The notes: generated from the sequence alone by a model not told the origin. A DNA stretch of 52,864 nt from Candidatus Moraniibacteriota bacterium (GCA_043802865.1 JAZDKQ010000031.1:1-52864), one strand, 5' to 3'. Shown: positions 9,043 to 17,673, counted from the first letter of the stretch. Numbers and translations: made by a program.

Positions 9043-9912
9043 ATGGCAAAGCGAATATTAATCATCGGTTCTCATGGAATGCTCGGACAGGATCTTGCGC
9101 GCGTTTTTGACGTTGACCAAAGCTGGGAGGTTTTTGCGTATGACCGAGATCAAATCGACATCACTTCGGAAGACAGTTTGCGCCAAAAAATCGAAGAAGT
9201 CGATCCGAATGCGGTGATCAACGCGACCGGATACAATGCCGTGGACAAGTGCGAAGCGGACGAGATTGAATTCGAGTTTGCCAAGAAGATCAACGGGTAT
9301 GGACCCGGAATTTTGGCAAAAATATGCAAAGGAAAAGAAATTCCGCTCGTGCATTATGTGAGTGACTATGTTTTCGACGGGGAAAAGGGGGAATACGCGG
9401 AAAGTGACAAACCGAATCCGATCAGCAATTATGGCCGGTCAAAACTTCTTGGAGAAGAAGAAATCCCAAAAAACACGGACAAATTTTGGATTATTCGCAC
9501 GTCGAAGCTGTTTGGAAAGCCGGGCAGTTCGCCAATGTCTAAGAAAAGTTTCTTTGATACGATGATCGCGCTCGGGAAAGACAATAGCGTTTTGAAGATA
9601 GTCGATGAGGAAAAAAGCTGCTTTACCTATACTCCCGATCTCGCGCTTGAAACAAAAAAAATACTCGAAGAAAAAATTCCATTTGGAATATACCATGTCG
9701 TGAACGAAGGCGCTTGTACGTGGTATGAAGCGGCTTGCGAGCTGTTTAAACTGGCAAAAATGGATGTGGAAGTGATTCCGGTAAGTTCCAGCGAGTTTCC
9801 GCGTCCGGCCAAGCGTCCGCATTCGTCGGTGCTTTTAAACACGAAGCTGAAGCCGCTGCGAGATTATAAAAAGGCGCTCAAAGAATATCTGAAAGAAAAT
9901 TATTCAATATAA
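9043..9912 (+). CDS. rfbD: dTDP-4-dehydrorhamnose reductase
   Basis: ILIIGSHGMLG Rossmann motif; YGRSKLLGE (YxxxK); RPAKRPHSSVL near the C-terminus, typical of RmlD. Confidence 0.9.
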   Translation: MAKRILIIGSHGMLGQDLARVFDVDQSWEVFAYDRDQIDITSEDSLRQKIEEVDPNAVINATGYNAVDKCEADEIEFEFAKKINGYGPGILAKICKGKEIPLVHYVSDYVFDGEKGEYAESDKPNPISNYGRSKLLGEEEIPKNTDKFWIIRTSKLFGKPGSSPMSKKSFFDTMIALGKDNSVLKIVDEEKSCFTYTPDLALETKKILEEKIPFGIYHVVNEGACTWYEAACELFKLAKMDVEVIPVSSSEFPRPAKRPHSSVLLNTKLKPLRDYKKALKEYLKENYSI

Positions 9913-9917
9913 CTCAT

Positions 9918-10724
9918 ATGAGCAAAATGAAAGGCATCGTTCTTGCCGGAGGGACGGCGACAAGGTTGTTTCCGCTCACGGCAACGACCTCGAAACAACT
10001 TTTGCCCGTGTATAACCACCAAATGATTTTTTATCCTCTCAACACGCTCATCAAGGGCGGGATAAAAGAAATTCTGCTGATTATATCTCCGGAGCATAGC
10101 GGTCCCTTCGTGAATCTTCTTGGCCGAATTTTCGAACGGCATGATGTTCGCCTCGATTTCAAAGTGCAAAGTGTTCCGCGGGGCCTTGCTGACGCTTTCA
10201 TTCTCGGCGAGTCATTTATTGACAATGACAATGTGACGATGATTCTCGGAGATAACATTTTCGAAGATGATTTTTCCAGAGCCATCAAGAATTTCCGCTC
10301 CGGCGGCCATATTTTTGCAAAGAAAGTGCCTGATCCAGAAAGATATGGAGTGGTGAAATTCAATGAATCAGGAAAAGCGGTTCAAATTGTCGAAAAGCCG
10401 ACGGAATGGATCAGTGACTATGCTATTCCAGGGCTTTATATTTTTGATAGCCGTGTCTGCCGGGCGGCGCGAAATGCCAAGCCTTCCGAACGCGGCGAGA
10501 TTGAAATAACAGCACTCCACAATTACTATCTCGAGAAAAAAGCGCTTAAGGTGAGTACGTTCGGGGGCGAATGGCTTGACGCTGGAACATTCGATACCCT
10601 TCTTGAAGCCGGAAGAATCGTCAAAGAAAAGGAAATATACAAAAATTTCGACCCGCAGATCGAAAAAGCGATCGAAGAATTCAATGCTGAACTCAAAACA
10701 ATCGCCAAAAAACAGTTGCTGTAA
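9918..10724 (+). CDS. rfbA: glucose-1-phosphate thymidylyltransferase (short form)
   Basis: MKGIVLAGGTATRLFPLT..SKQLLPVYN..MIFYPL nucleotidyltransferase signature. Completes the rmlCBDA set. Confidence 0.82.
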   Translation: MSKMKGIVLAGGTATRLFPLTATTSKQLLPVYNHQMIFYPLNTLIKGGIKEILLIISPEHSGPFVNLLGRIFERHDVRLDFKVQSVPRGLADAFILGESFIDNDNVTMILGDNIFEDDFSRAIKNFRSGGHIFAKKVPDPERYGVVKFNESGKAVQIVEKPTEWISDYAIPGLYIFDSRVCRAARNAKPSERGEIEITALHNYYLEKKALKVSTFGGEWLDAGTFDTLLEAGRIVKEKEIYKNFDPQIEKAIEEFNAELKTIAKKQLL

Positions 10725-10746
10725 TTTTTTATTTTCTTAAAAAAAA

Positions 10747-11607
10747 ATGAAGATCAAAAAAGCCATTATTGCCGTTGCCGGTTCCGGAACCAGATTTTTG
10801 CCGGTGACCAAGGCGATGCCCAAAGAAATGCTCCCAATTGTCGACAAACCGATCATACAATTGGTCGTCGAAGAACTTGTTGAGGCTGGAATCGAAGACA
10901 TCATTCTTGTCACGAAATGGGACAAAAAACCCCTTGAGGATCATTTCGATCATTCATGGGCGCTTGAAAACGAGCTGGAGAAAGCGGGCAAAACGGAAAG
11001 ATTGGAGGCGGTGAAAAGAGTTGCGGATATGGCGAATTTCATTTATGTCCGCCAAAAAGGGCCATATGGAAACGGGACGCCTGTGCTGTCGGCGGCCAGC
11101 CTTGTTGATGATGAGCCGTTTGTGTTTGTCTGGGGAGACGATCTGGTGAAATCGAAAGTTTCTTTCACGAAACAAATGATCGAAGACTACGAAAAAAATG
11201 GCCATCCAATGATCGGAGTGCAAAAAGTCGCGAAAGAAGATGTTGTGCGGTATGGAATCGTGAAATTGCGCGAAGGGACGAACGAAATCGAAGATATTAT
11301 TGAAAAACCGTCAATTGAAGAGGCGCCCTCCCAGCTGGCTGACTTCGGGCGGATGATCTTGAATCAGGATATTATCAATGTTCTCAAAGATACCGCTCTT
11401 GGAAAGGGGAATGAGCTTTGGATCACGGACGCGATCAAAAAATATGTCCAAAACGGCGGAATATTTCTGGCAAAAGAAATCGAGGATGGCGAATGGCTCA
11501 CGACGGGTGATCCCTTGAATTATCTCAAAGCACTTCTTGCCTACGCGGCGGAAAGGGAAGATATCGGAAAAGAATTGAAAGAATATACGCAGAAATTGTT
11601 TCGTTAG
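10747..11607 (+). CDS. galU: UTP--glucose-1-phosphate uridylyltransferase
   Basis: KAIIAVAGSGTRFLPVTKAMPKEMLPIVDKPIIQ, VRQKGPYGNG and VEKP-like IEKP motifs typical of GalU. Confidence 0.9.
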   Translation: MKIKKAIIAVAGSGTRFLPVTKAMPKEMLPIVDKPIIQLVVEELVEAGIEDIILVTKWDKKPLEDHFDHSWALENELEKAGKTERLEAVKRVADMANFIYVRQKGPYGNGTPVLSAASLVDDEPFVFVWGDDLVKSKVSFTKQMIEDYEKNGHPMIGVQKVAKEDVVRYGIVKLREGTNEIEDIIEKPSIEEAPSQLADFGRMILNQDIINVLKDTALGKGNELWITDAIKKYVQNGGIFLAKEIEDGEWLTTGDPLNYLKALLAYAAEREDIGKELKEYTQKLFR

Positions 11608-11616
11608 GATAACTTT

Positions 11617-12729
11617 ATGCGCATCGCCATCAATGCTGCTGATTTGGATCATCCCCGGATCGACGGGACGCGGATATATATTCAGAATCTGCTCAAAAAC
11701 TTCGGCCTTCAGAATCGCGAAGACCGGTTTTTGATTTATCATAAAAAAGATTTCAATCCTCAGCTCAAATTTCCTATTTTTGACAATTATAAAATCATCA
11801 AAAAACCTTTCCCGTTTTGGTGGACGCAGACAAGGTTCGCGTGGGAGATGTTTTGCACGAAACCGGATATTCTCTTCATGCCGATGCACTCGCTTCCGTT
11901 TTTGCACTCCAAAAAAACCAAAACCGTCGTCACAATCCACGATCTCGCCTTCAAATTTTTTCCGGATCACTTTCCCAAAAAAGACTTGAAAAGATTGAAC
12001 TTTTTCACGGATTATGCAGTAAAAAATTCTGATAAAATAATCGCTATCTCAAATTCAACCAAGAATGATCTGCTGAAAATATATCCAAAACTAAAAGAAG
12101 ACAAGATAAAAGTAATTTACCATGGTTATGACGAAAATTTATTTAATCTCGATATATCCGAGCAGGAAATTAAAAGAGTAAATACAAAATACAAAATACA
12201 AAATACCAGATACCTAATTTTCGTCAGCACCATCCAGCCCCGCAAAAATATCGAAATGCTGCTTGAGGCTTTCAAAATATTGCGGCGCAAAGAAGCGCAT
12301 AAAGATTTGAACCTCGTGATTGCGGGCTCCGAAGGCTGGCTGGCGGAAAATATCGTCGAAAAAATAAAAAAAACTTCGGGCGCGATCATGACCGGAAAAT
12401 TTGAGACAGCGAATCTCCCGGCGCTCATCGCGGGCGCGGAAGTTTTTGTTTTGCCGTCACTCTATGAAGGTTTTGGTTTGCCCGTGCTTGAAGCGATGGC
12501 TTGCGGCACTCCCGTGGCCGTGGCGGACAATTCGAGTTTAAGCGAAGTCGCGGGTAACGCCGGAATGCTTTTTGACGCTTGCTCAAGCGACAAGATAGCC
12601 GATGCATTGCTCGAAATTATCGAAAACGAAAAATTGCGAAATAGTTTGCGCGAAAAAGGATTGGAGCGAGTGAAAAGTTTCAGCTGGGAAAAGTGCGTGA
12701 AGGAAACGCTGGAATGGATAAAAAGCTAA
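11617..12729 (+). CDS. glycosyltransferase family 4 (GT-B)
   Basis: MRIAINAADL...RIDGTRIYI N-domain; C-terminal SLYEGFGLPVLEAMACGTPVAVADNSSLSEV (EX7E). Confidence 0.82.
   Translation: MRIAINAADLDHPRIDGTRIYIQNLLKNFGLQNREDRFLIYHKKDFNPQLKFPIFDNYKIIKKPFPFWWTQTRFAWEMFCTKPDILFMPMHSLPFLHSKKTKTVVTIHDLAFKFFPDHFPKKDLKRLNFFTDYAVKNSDKIIAISNSTKNDLLKIYPKLKEDKIKVIYHGYDENLFNLDISEQEIKRVNTKYKIQNTRYLIFVSTIQPRKNIEMLLEAFKILRRKEAHKDLNLVIAGSEGWLAENIVEKIKKTSGAIMTGKFETANLPALIAGAEVFVLPSLYEGFGLPVLEAMACGTPVAVADNSSLSEVAGNAGMLFDACSSDKIADALLEIIENEKLRNSLREKGLERVKSFSWEKCVKETLEWIKS
12182..12206. repeat. in-frame heptanucleotide tandem repeat (ATACAAA)x3.5 inside the GT4 gene
   Basis: atacaaaatacaaaatacaaaatac encodes KYKIQNT. 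Its reverse complement, GTATTTTGTAT..., matches the intergenic heptad motif at 20349 and 48912. Confidence 0.8.
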
Positions 12730-12732
12730 TTG

Positions 12733-12817
12733 TGTCATTGCGAGGGAGCATAGCGACCGCGGCAATCTCGGGATTGCTTCGCGGAGTTTATCCGGCTACG
12801 ACGGGCTCGCAATGACA
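12733..12817. repeat. MITE/REP-like palindromic element with 12-bp perfect terminal inverted repeats
   Basis: TGTCATTGCGAG (12733-12744) / CTCGCAATGACA (12806-12817). Inner hairpin GCAATC-tcgg-GATTGC (12762-12777). It fills the gap between convergent genes and likely also acts as a bidirectional terminator. Confidence 0.7.
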
Positions 12818-12819
12818 TA

Positions 12820-13191
12820 TCATTTTTCCTTTATCAAAATATTCTCCGCTCCAATGAGAAGGGGAATAGAAATGACGACTACAACCGCGATCTGCCAAAT
12901 TTGCATTTTATAAAGGCTCAAAACAAGCATCAGCGCGATCGTGAAAAGGATGATGTTCAGGAGGTTGCGGGAAATGGCTTGAAATTTGGCTTTTTCGACT
13001 GCTCTGAAGGACTTTCCAAATTCAGCGAAAAGAAATCCGACAACAAAAATAATTGCCAAAAGATATTTCGGATCAAAATGAGAGCTTACGATTCCCGGAA
13101 GGACAAGCTCCGGGATGATCAGCAAAAAATAAGTGATCACCAAAGAGACAAGTAGATCTTTTGTCAGTTTGTAGGAATATTTTTGCCACAT
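12820..13191 (-). CDS. small integral membrane protein (4 TM)
   Basis: Hydrophobic throughout (LLIIPELVLPGIV; LLAIIFVVGFLFAEF; ILFTIALMLVLSL; IAVVVVISIPLLIGA). Lies 4 nt downstream of the 330-aa gene on the same strand. Confidence 0.5.
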   Translation of the reverse strand: MWQKYSYKLTKDLLVSLVITYFLLIIPELVLPGIVSSHFDPKYLLAIIFVVGFLFAEFGKSFRAVEKAKFQAISRNLLNIILFTIALMLVLSLYKMQIWQIAVVVVISIPLLIGAENILIKEK

Positions 13192-13195
13192 AGAA

Positions 13196-14188
13196 TTATT
13201 GTTTGAAAAAATATCGATTCAAGGTCGATGCCGCAATGGTCTGAAAGGAGCCTTTGACGGTCTCCACGGACCGTTCGGAAAAAAAGCGAATTCGGGAATC
13301 GTCGGGATGCACGCCGGCAAGAGCGCAATTTTCGGGAAATTTTACCGAAAAATGATAGTATCTTCCAAAACCAGAAAGCATTGCGGAGTCAAAACGGCAA
13401 GAAATGTTGTTTTGTGAACCGGAAACTTTGCATTTTGCGATGTTTTCTTTATTTAAGTCGCCCACAGGAATGGAATAGTTTTCCGGCCAGACTTTTTCAA
13501 GCAACTCCCTGTTCGCGATGGGGTATTTTTTCCCGTCAGAAACTACATAAAGAGTATGGGACGGGAAAGCCTGAAAAATTGTTCCGTCCGGATGAGGTGT
13601 TGTCCACAAAAATGTTTTTTTGTCGGCGTCGGGAAATTGGTCAAGATCTGACTTTTGGATGTCAACCAAATTATCGAAGCTATATCCGAAAGCCTGAAAA
13701 ATTTCCGGACCTGAAAAAAGAATTTTCTGCCCGCGGCTCACGAAAAATACTTCATTGGTGGGATTCAGGTGAAGCAGGGAGCCGTTTGGAAGTTTTGTTT
13801 TATTGGAGTCAAAAAGAATCCCGCGCAGTCGATCTTCGTCTGTTATCGCTTCTCCAGAAGGAAGCAGAAAGGCCTGATAGGTTTTTTGAAGAGTCACTTC
13901 AGCGTTTGAAGCCTGACAGCTCTCTCGTTCATTTTTTTTGAAATTCATCGAAAGCTCGATATAGCGATAGCTACGAAGCGGAAAAACGCCAAAAGAAAGA
14001 TTTTTCGCTTCCGCATCTTTTGTGATCTCAAATTTTGAAAGCCTTTGATTGTCGGGATAGAAGTTGTAGGTATCGACGGGAAACAAAACCAGATACATTC
14101 CGACGATCACAACCAAAACAGGAATGGCAAAAATTGCGATTCGGGCAACTTTATAAATTTTTTCCATTTTTTCTTCTCGTATTGACAT
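13196..14188 (-). CDS. membrane-anchored extracytoplasmic protein, unknown function
   Basis: N-terminal anchor IAIFAIPVLVVIVGMYLVLFP followed by about 290 aa of soluble domain. No family recognised. Confidence 0.55.
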   Translation of the reverse strand: MSIREEKMEKIYKVARIAIFAIPVLVVIVGMYLVLFPVDTYNFYPDNQRLSKFEITKDAEAKNLSFGVFPLRSYRYIELSMNFKKNERESCQASNAEVTLQKTYQAFLLPSGEAITDEDRLRGILFDSNKTKLPNGSLLHLNPTNEVFFVSRGQKILFSGPEIFQAFGYSFDNLVDIQKSDLDQFPDADKKTFLWTTPHPDGTIFQAFPSHTLYVVSDGKKYPIANRELLEKVWPENYSIPVGDLNKENIAKCKVSGSQNNISCRFDSAMLSGFGRYYHFSVKFPENCALAGVHPDDSRIRFFSERSVETVKGSFQTIAASTLNRYFFKQ

Positions 14189-14235
14189 ATGTTTTATATT
14201 AGCTGAACAAACTCAATGAGTCAAAATAGAAAAAA

Positions 14236-14264
14236 TTGTCAAGTTGTATTATTTTAGGTATAAT
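14236..14264 (+). promoter_or_regulatory. sigma70-type promoter of the ftsA-like gene
   Basis: TTGTCA (14236-14241), 17-nt spacer, TATAAT (14259-14264), 11 nt before the ATG at 14276. Confidence 0.5.
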
Positions 14265-14275
14265 TCAATTCAGAT

Positions 14276-15541
14276 ATGGCATTTTTCTCAAAAATATTTC
14301 ACAAGCGAAGCGGGACCGGATACGCGCTGGCTCTTGATATTGGAACGGAAGTGGTGAAAGCGCTTGTTTTCAAAATTGACGTGGAAGCGGAAAAAGGAAT
14401 TGTCGTTGGCGTCGGCCGGGTTCGCCAAAAATTGGGAGATATGCAATCGGGAGCGGTCAGCGACATATCGGGCGTTGTTTCATCCTGCGAACGAGCCATC
14501 GCGGCGGCCGAAGAAATGGCCGGCGTGAAAAGAGTGGAGCAAGCGATTATCGGGATCGCGGGCGAACTTGTGAAGGGATCAACCACCACTGTCCACTATG
14601 AAAGATTGAAACCGGAAGTCCGAATTGATCTGCCGGAACTCAAAAATATCGTCCAAAAAGTTCAGTGGAAAGCGTTTGACCGTATCCGACAGCAACTCGC
14701 TTGGGAAACGGGGCACAACGAGATTGACGTGAAGCTCATCAATGCCGCGATCGTGGATGTCCGTATTGACGGCTATCGCGTGACAAACCCTCTTGGATTT
14801 CAGGGGCGGGATGTTTCGATCGGTATTTTCAACGCCTACGCACCAATGGTGCATTTGGGCGCGCTTCAAACCATCGCCGAAGAGCTTGATCTTAATTTGC
14901 TCAGCATTGCCGCCGAGCCCTATGCGGTCGCTCGTTCGATGGGTCTTGAAAATACTGTTGATTTCAGCACTATTTTCATTGATGTTGGAGGAGGAACGAC
15001 GGATATTGCCGTGGTGAGAAATGGGGGACTCGAGGGAACGAAAATGTTCGCGCTTGGCGGGCGAGCTTTCACGAAAAGACTGGCGCAAGAATTGAATATC
15101 AATTTCGAGGAAGCGGAAATTCTCAAGATCAGATACGGACGATCCGAGCTTGGACGGGAAGTTGCCTTGAGATTGGAAAAAATATTTGAAGAAGACTGCC
15201 ATGTATGGCTTGATGGCGTGGAACTCTCTCTTTCCGAATACGCCGAGAATGACCTTTTGCCTCCAAGAATTCTTCTCTGCGGCGGCGGGTCGGCTCTTCC
15301 GGGCATAAAAAAGGCGCTTTTGAGCCCTGCGTGGCTCAAAAGTCTCGCTTTTGCCAAACCGCCCAATGTCAGTTTTCTTCAGCCCAAGGACGTCGTGAAT
15401 ATATCGGACGCGACCAGCCTCCTTCGCGATCCGCAGGATATCACGCCGATGGGGCTTGCCAATCTGGCAATTGATCTGGTCGGAGAAGAGAAAGCTCTCT
15501 CCGCAATGTTGCGCCGGGCCGTAAAAATGATGCAAAATTGA
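14276..15541 (+). CDS. ftsA: FtsA-like actin-fold ATPase (cell division protein FtsA candidate)
   Basis: Actin/HSP70 phosphate-1 LALDIGTEVVKALVF, phosphate-2 IFIDVGGGTTDIAVV, adenosine motif LLCGGGSALPGI. C-terminal amphipathic tail MLRRAVKMMQN. PilM cannot be excluded by eye. Confidence 0.65.
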   Translation: MAFFSKIFHKRSGTGYALALDIGTEVVKALVFKIDVEAEKGIVVGVGRVRQKLGDMQSGAVSDISGVVSSCERAIAAAEEMAGVKRVEQAIIGIAGELVKGSTTTVHYERLKPEVRIDLPELKNIVQKVQWKAFDRIRQQLAWETGHNEIDVKLINAAIVDVRIDGYRVTNPLGFQGRDVSIGIFNAYAPMVHLGALQTIAEELDLNLLSIAAEPYAVARSMGLENTVDFSTIFIDVGGGTTDIAVVRNGGLEGTKMFALGGRAFTKRLAQELNINFEEAEILKIRYGRSELGREVALRLEKIFEEDCHVWLDGVELSLSEYAENDLLPPRILLCGGGSALPGIKKALLSPAWLKSLAFAKPPNVSFLQPKDVVNISDATSLLRDPQDITPMGLANLAIDLVGEEKALSAMLRRAVKMMQN

Positions 15542-15585
15542 TTCCGCCTCGAGCGGAATCATCCCGAGCATAGCGAGGGATCTCG
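15540..15585. repeat. hairpin plus partial copy of the GAGCATAGCGA element
   Basis: GATTCCGC (15540-15547) / GCGGAATC (15553-15560) overlaps the ftsA stop. It is followed by ATCCCGAGCATAGCGAGGGAT, which shares the 11-mer GAGCATAGCGA with the element at 12744-12756. Confidence 0.5.
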
Positions 15586-15603
15586 TAATAAATAACATTA
15601 AAT

Positions 15604-17520
15604 ATGCACAAAACTCTCCATATCGACATAGACGAAGAAATAACTTCCATAATCGACCGCGTCAGAAAATCCGAGGTGCGGGAAATCATAGTCGTCGCGC
15701 CGAAGAACGCTCTGCTTCTCCAGAGTATCGTTAATTTGAAATTGTTGAAAAAAGAAGCTGATCGCAGAAAAAAGCAGATAATGATCATCACGCAGGACAA
15801 GATTGGAAAAAAACTCATCGAAAAGGCGGGGATTTTAGTGCAAAGCAAAACGCCGAATGACGAATACCTTGAGGACGGACCGGCGGAAGAAGTTTATGAA
15901 TCGAAATATACAAAGGAAGCAGCCGAAATAAAACAGGAGTTGCAGGGAGAAGAAAACAAAAGAGATATAGGATCGGCTGATTTTTTCGCCGAATCTGCAA
16001 AGGAAAAAAAGCCGGAGGACTCCCAAAAAATTGCGAAAGAAGCGGCAAAAAAGCCGGAAATCAAAAAAATCGAGAAAAAAATAGCTTCTGTTCCGGTTCC
16101 GAAAACAAAAAAGATCTCTCGTCCGCGAACAAAGATGTCGGATATTGTGACGGGCCGGCCGGAACCCGAAATAAAAGAGGCTAAAGATCTGATCATACGC
16201 GAAGAAATAGTTGAAAACGAAAATGCCGCCAAGCCCTCGGATTTTTTCGTTGAACCTCCAATCGATTCAAATGTCCAGTCTTCAAAAATGAGCCAGGTTT
16301 CCATGAAAAAGGCGGAGAAGTTTTTCCGCGGATCGAGACGGATGAAAAAAGATATTGAAGTCGCCAGAGTGAACGGAAATGCAAAGAAATATTTCTTTTT
16401 TTTCGCTGGAATTTTCATTTTGTTCGCGGGACTGGCCGGCGCGTATTTTCTTCTTCCCAAAGCGACAATTGCGCTGGAACTCAAAAATCAAGGAAAATCA
16501 GCGGCTTTGGATATCACGGCTGACGCGCAAATCGGCAGTATTGACGCCGGGAAAAAAATCATACCGGCGCATCTGGAGCAAACTGATCAAGAAACAACAG
16601 GCGATTTTGATGCAACCGGCTCAAAATCCGGCGGCGCGAAAGCTTCGGGAAAAGTCGTGATATACAACGAATTCAGCCCGGAAAATCAACCGCTCGTTGC
16701 GACAACGCGCCTTGAAACAGCGGACGGAAAAATTTTTCGGATCACGAAAAATGTGGTTGTCCCGGGTGTGGTCAAAGTTGGAAACGAAACCAAGCCCGGC
16801 GCGATCGAAGTGGATGTTGTCGCGGACAAAGCCGGAGAGGACATGAACATAGACGCGACCGATTTCAGAATTTCCGGATTCAAAAACAATCAGTCGAAAT
16901 ATGAAAAATTCTATGCCAAATCAACGAAGCCGATGACTGGCGGATCTGCGGGAGAAACAAAAGTGATCACGGCGGAAGATATTACAAAAGCCAAAGAAGA
17001 AATCGCTGTTTCCGCCAAAAAAGCGGCTGTGGCAGCGCTGAAAAAAAGCCTTCCCGCCGATCGCAAGATATTTGACAACGCGGTCAATATTGAAGTCTTG
17101 TCCGCTACAACGTCGGATGTTGCCGGCGTGGAAAAAGAAAAATTTTCCGCGACGGCCAAGGTGCGAGCCAGCGTGCTTTCGATTGGGGAGTCGGGTGTGA
17201 AAGAAATTTTGAAAAATGATCTAGCCCACCAGGGAGCGAGTGAAGGCGCGATTTCTTTTGACGAACCGGTCAATTATATCTTGAGTGATTTCGATAATCA
17301 GAAAAAAACTCTGAAATTCTCGGCCAAGGCCGATGCTAATGCGCTTTCCGGCATAGATATCGAAAATTTCAAAAAAGGAATTCTCGGAAAAACCGATGAA
17401 GAAGCGCAAATATACGCCAAAAACTTCCCCGCGATCCAAAAAACAAACATTTCCTTCTGGCCGTTTTTCGTCACCCGCATTCCGATGAATGCGGGAAGAG
17501 TGAATGTCGAGGTGAAGTGA
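15604..17520 (+). CDS. large single-pass membrane protein: cytoplasmic N-domain, K/E-rich linker, TM helix, extracytoplasmic beta-rich domain
   Basis: TM segment YFFFFAGIFILFAGLAGAYFLL at about aa 255-280. The C-terminal part (GSKSGGAKASGKVVIYN...VATTRLETADGKIFRI) faintly resembles baseplate-J-like annotations seen in CPR genomes. Unverified. Confidence 0.6.
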   Translation: MHKTLHIDIDEEITSIIDRVRKSEVREIIVVAPKNALLLQSIVNLKLLKKEADRRKKQIMIITQDKIGKKLIEKAGILVQSKTPNDEYLEDGPAEEVYESKYTKEAAEIKQELQGEENKRDIGSADFFAESAKEKKPEDSQKIAKEAAKKPEIKKIEKKIASVPVPKTKKISRPRTKMSDIVTGRPEPEIKEAKDLIIREEIVENENAAKPSDFFVEPPIDSNVQSSKMSQVSMKKAEKFFRGSRRMKKDIEVARVNGNAKKYFFFFAGIFILFAGLAGAYFLLPKATIALELKNQGKSAALDITADAQIGSIDAGKKIIPAHLEQTDQETTGDFDATGSKSGGAKASGKVVIYNEFSPENQPLVATTRLETADGKIFRITKNVVVPGVVKVGNETKPGAIEVDVVADKAGEDMNIDATDFRISGFKNNQSKYEKFYAKSTKPMTGGSAGETKVITAEDITKAKEEIAVSAKKAAVAALKKSLPADRKIFDNAVNIEVLSATTSDVAGVEKEKFSATAKVRASVLSIGESGVKEILKNDLAHQGASEGAISFDEPVNYILSDFDNQKKTLKFSAKADANALSGIDIENFKKGILGKTDEEAQIYAKNFPAIQKTNISFWPFFVTRIPMNAGRVNVEVK

Positions 17521-17538
17521 GGAGAAAGAAAATAAATG

Positions 17539-17588
17539 GCCAAAACCGTGAAAATAGCACAATTGTCCCTGTTTTTCACGGTTTTGGC
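17539..17588 (+). terminator. 16-bp perfect hairpin downstream of the 638-aa gene (left boundary of the DpnI islet)
   Basis: GCCAAAACCGTGAAAA (17539-17554) pairs with TTTTCACGGTTTTGGC (17573-17588) around an 18-nt loop. There is no clear U-tail, so terminator function is inferred. Confidence 0.5.
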
Positions 17589-17673
17589 GATAAAAGCGTG
17601 AAAAAGAAAGTGAATAGTGGTTGTGAATAGGGATTATAGAAGAAGGTAGGTTATCCACAGGGTAGGCTTGTGC

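Noticed and set aside
14579-15598. 339-aa ORF antisense to the ftsA-like gene. Similar long antisense ORFs occur at 8272..9021 (opposite rfbB), 47816..48838 (opposite the kinase), 23995..24753, 20975..21616, 11311..11970 and 41369..42010.
   Set aside because: Each lies entirely opposite a gene with clear family motifs. Their translations are low-complexity (R/F/S/L-rich) with no recognisable domains, SD or promoter. They are typical shadow ORFs caused by codon bias of the sense strand.
17537-17596. 19-codon ORF (MAKTVKIAQLSLFFTVLAIKA) after the 638-aa gene.
   Set aside because: It coincides exactly with the two arms of the 16-bp hairpin, so the apparent coding potential is a by-product of the palindrome.
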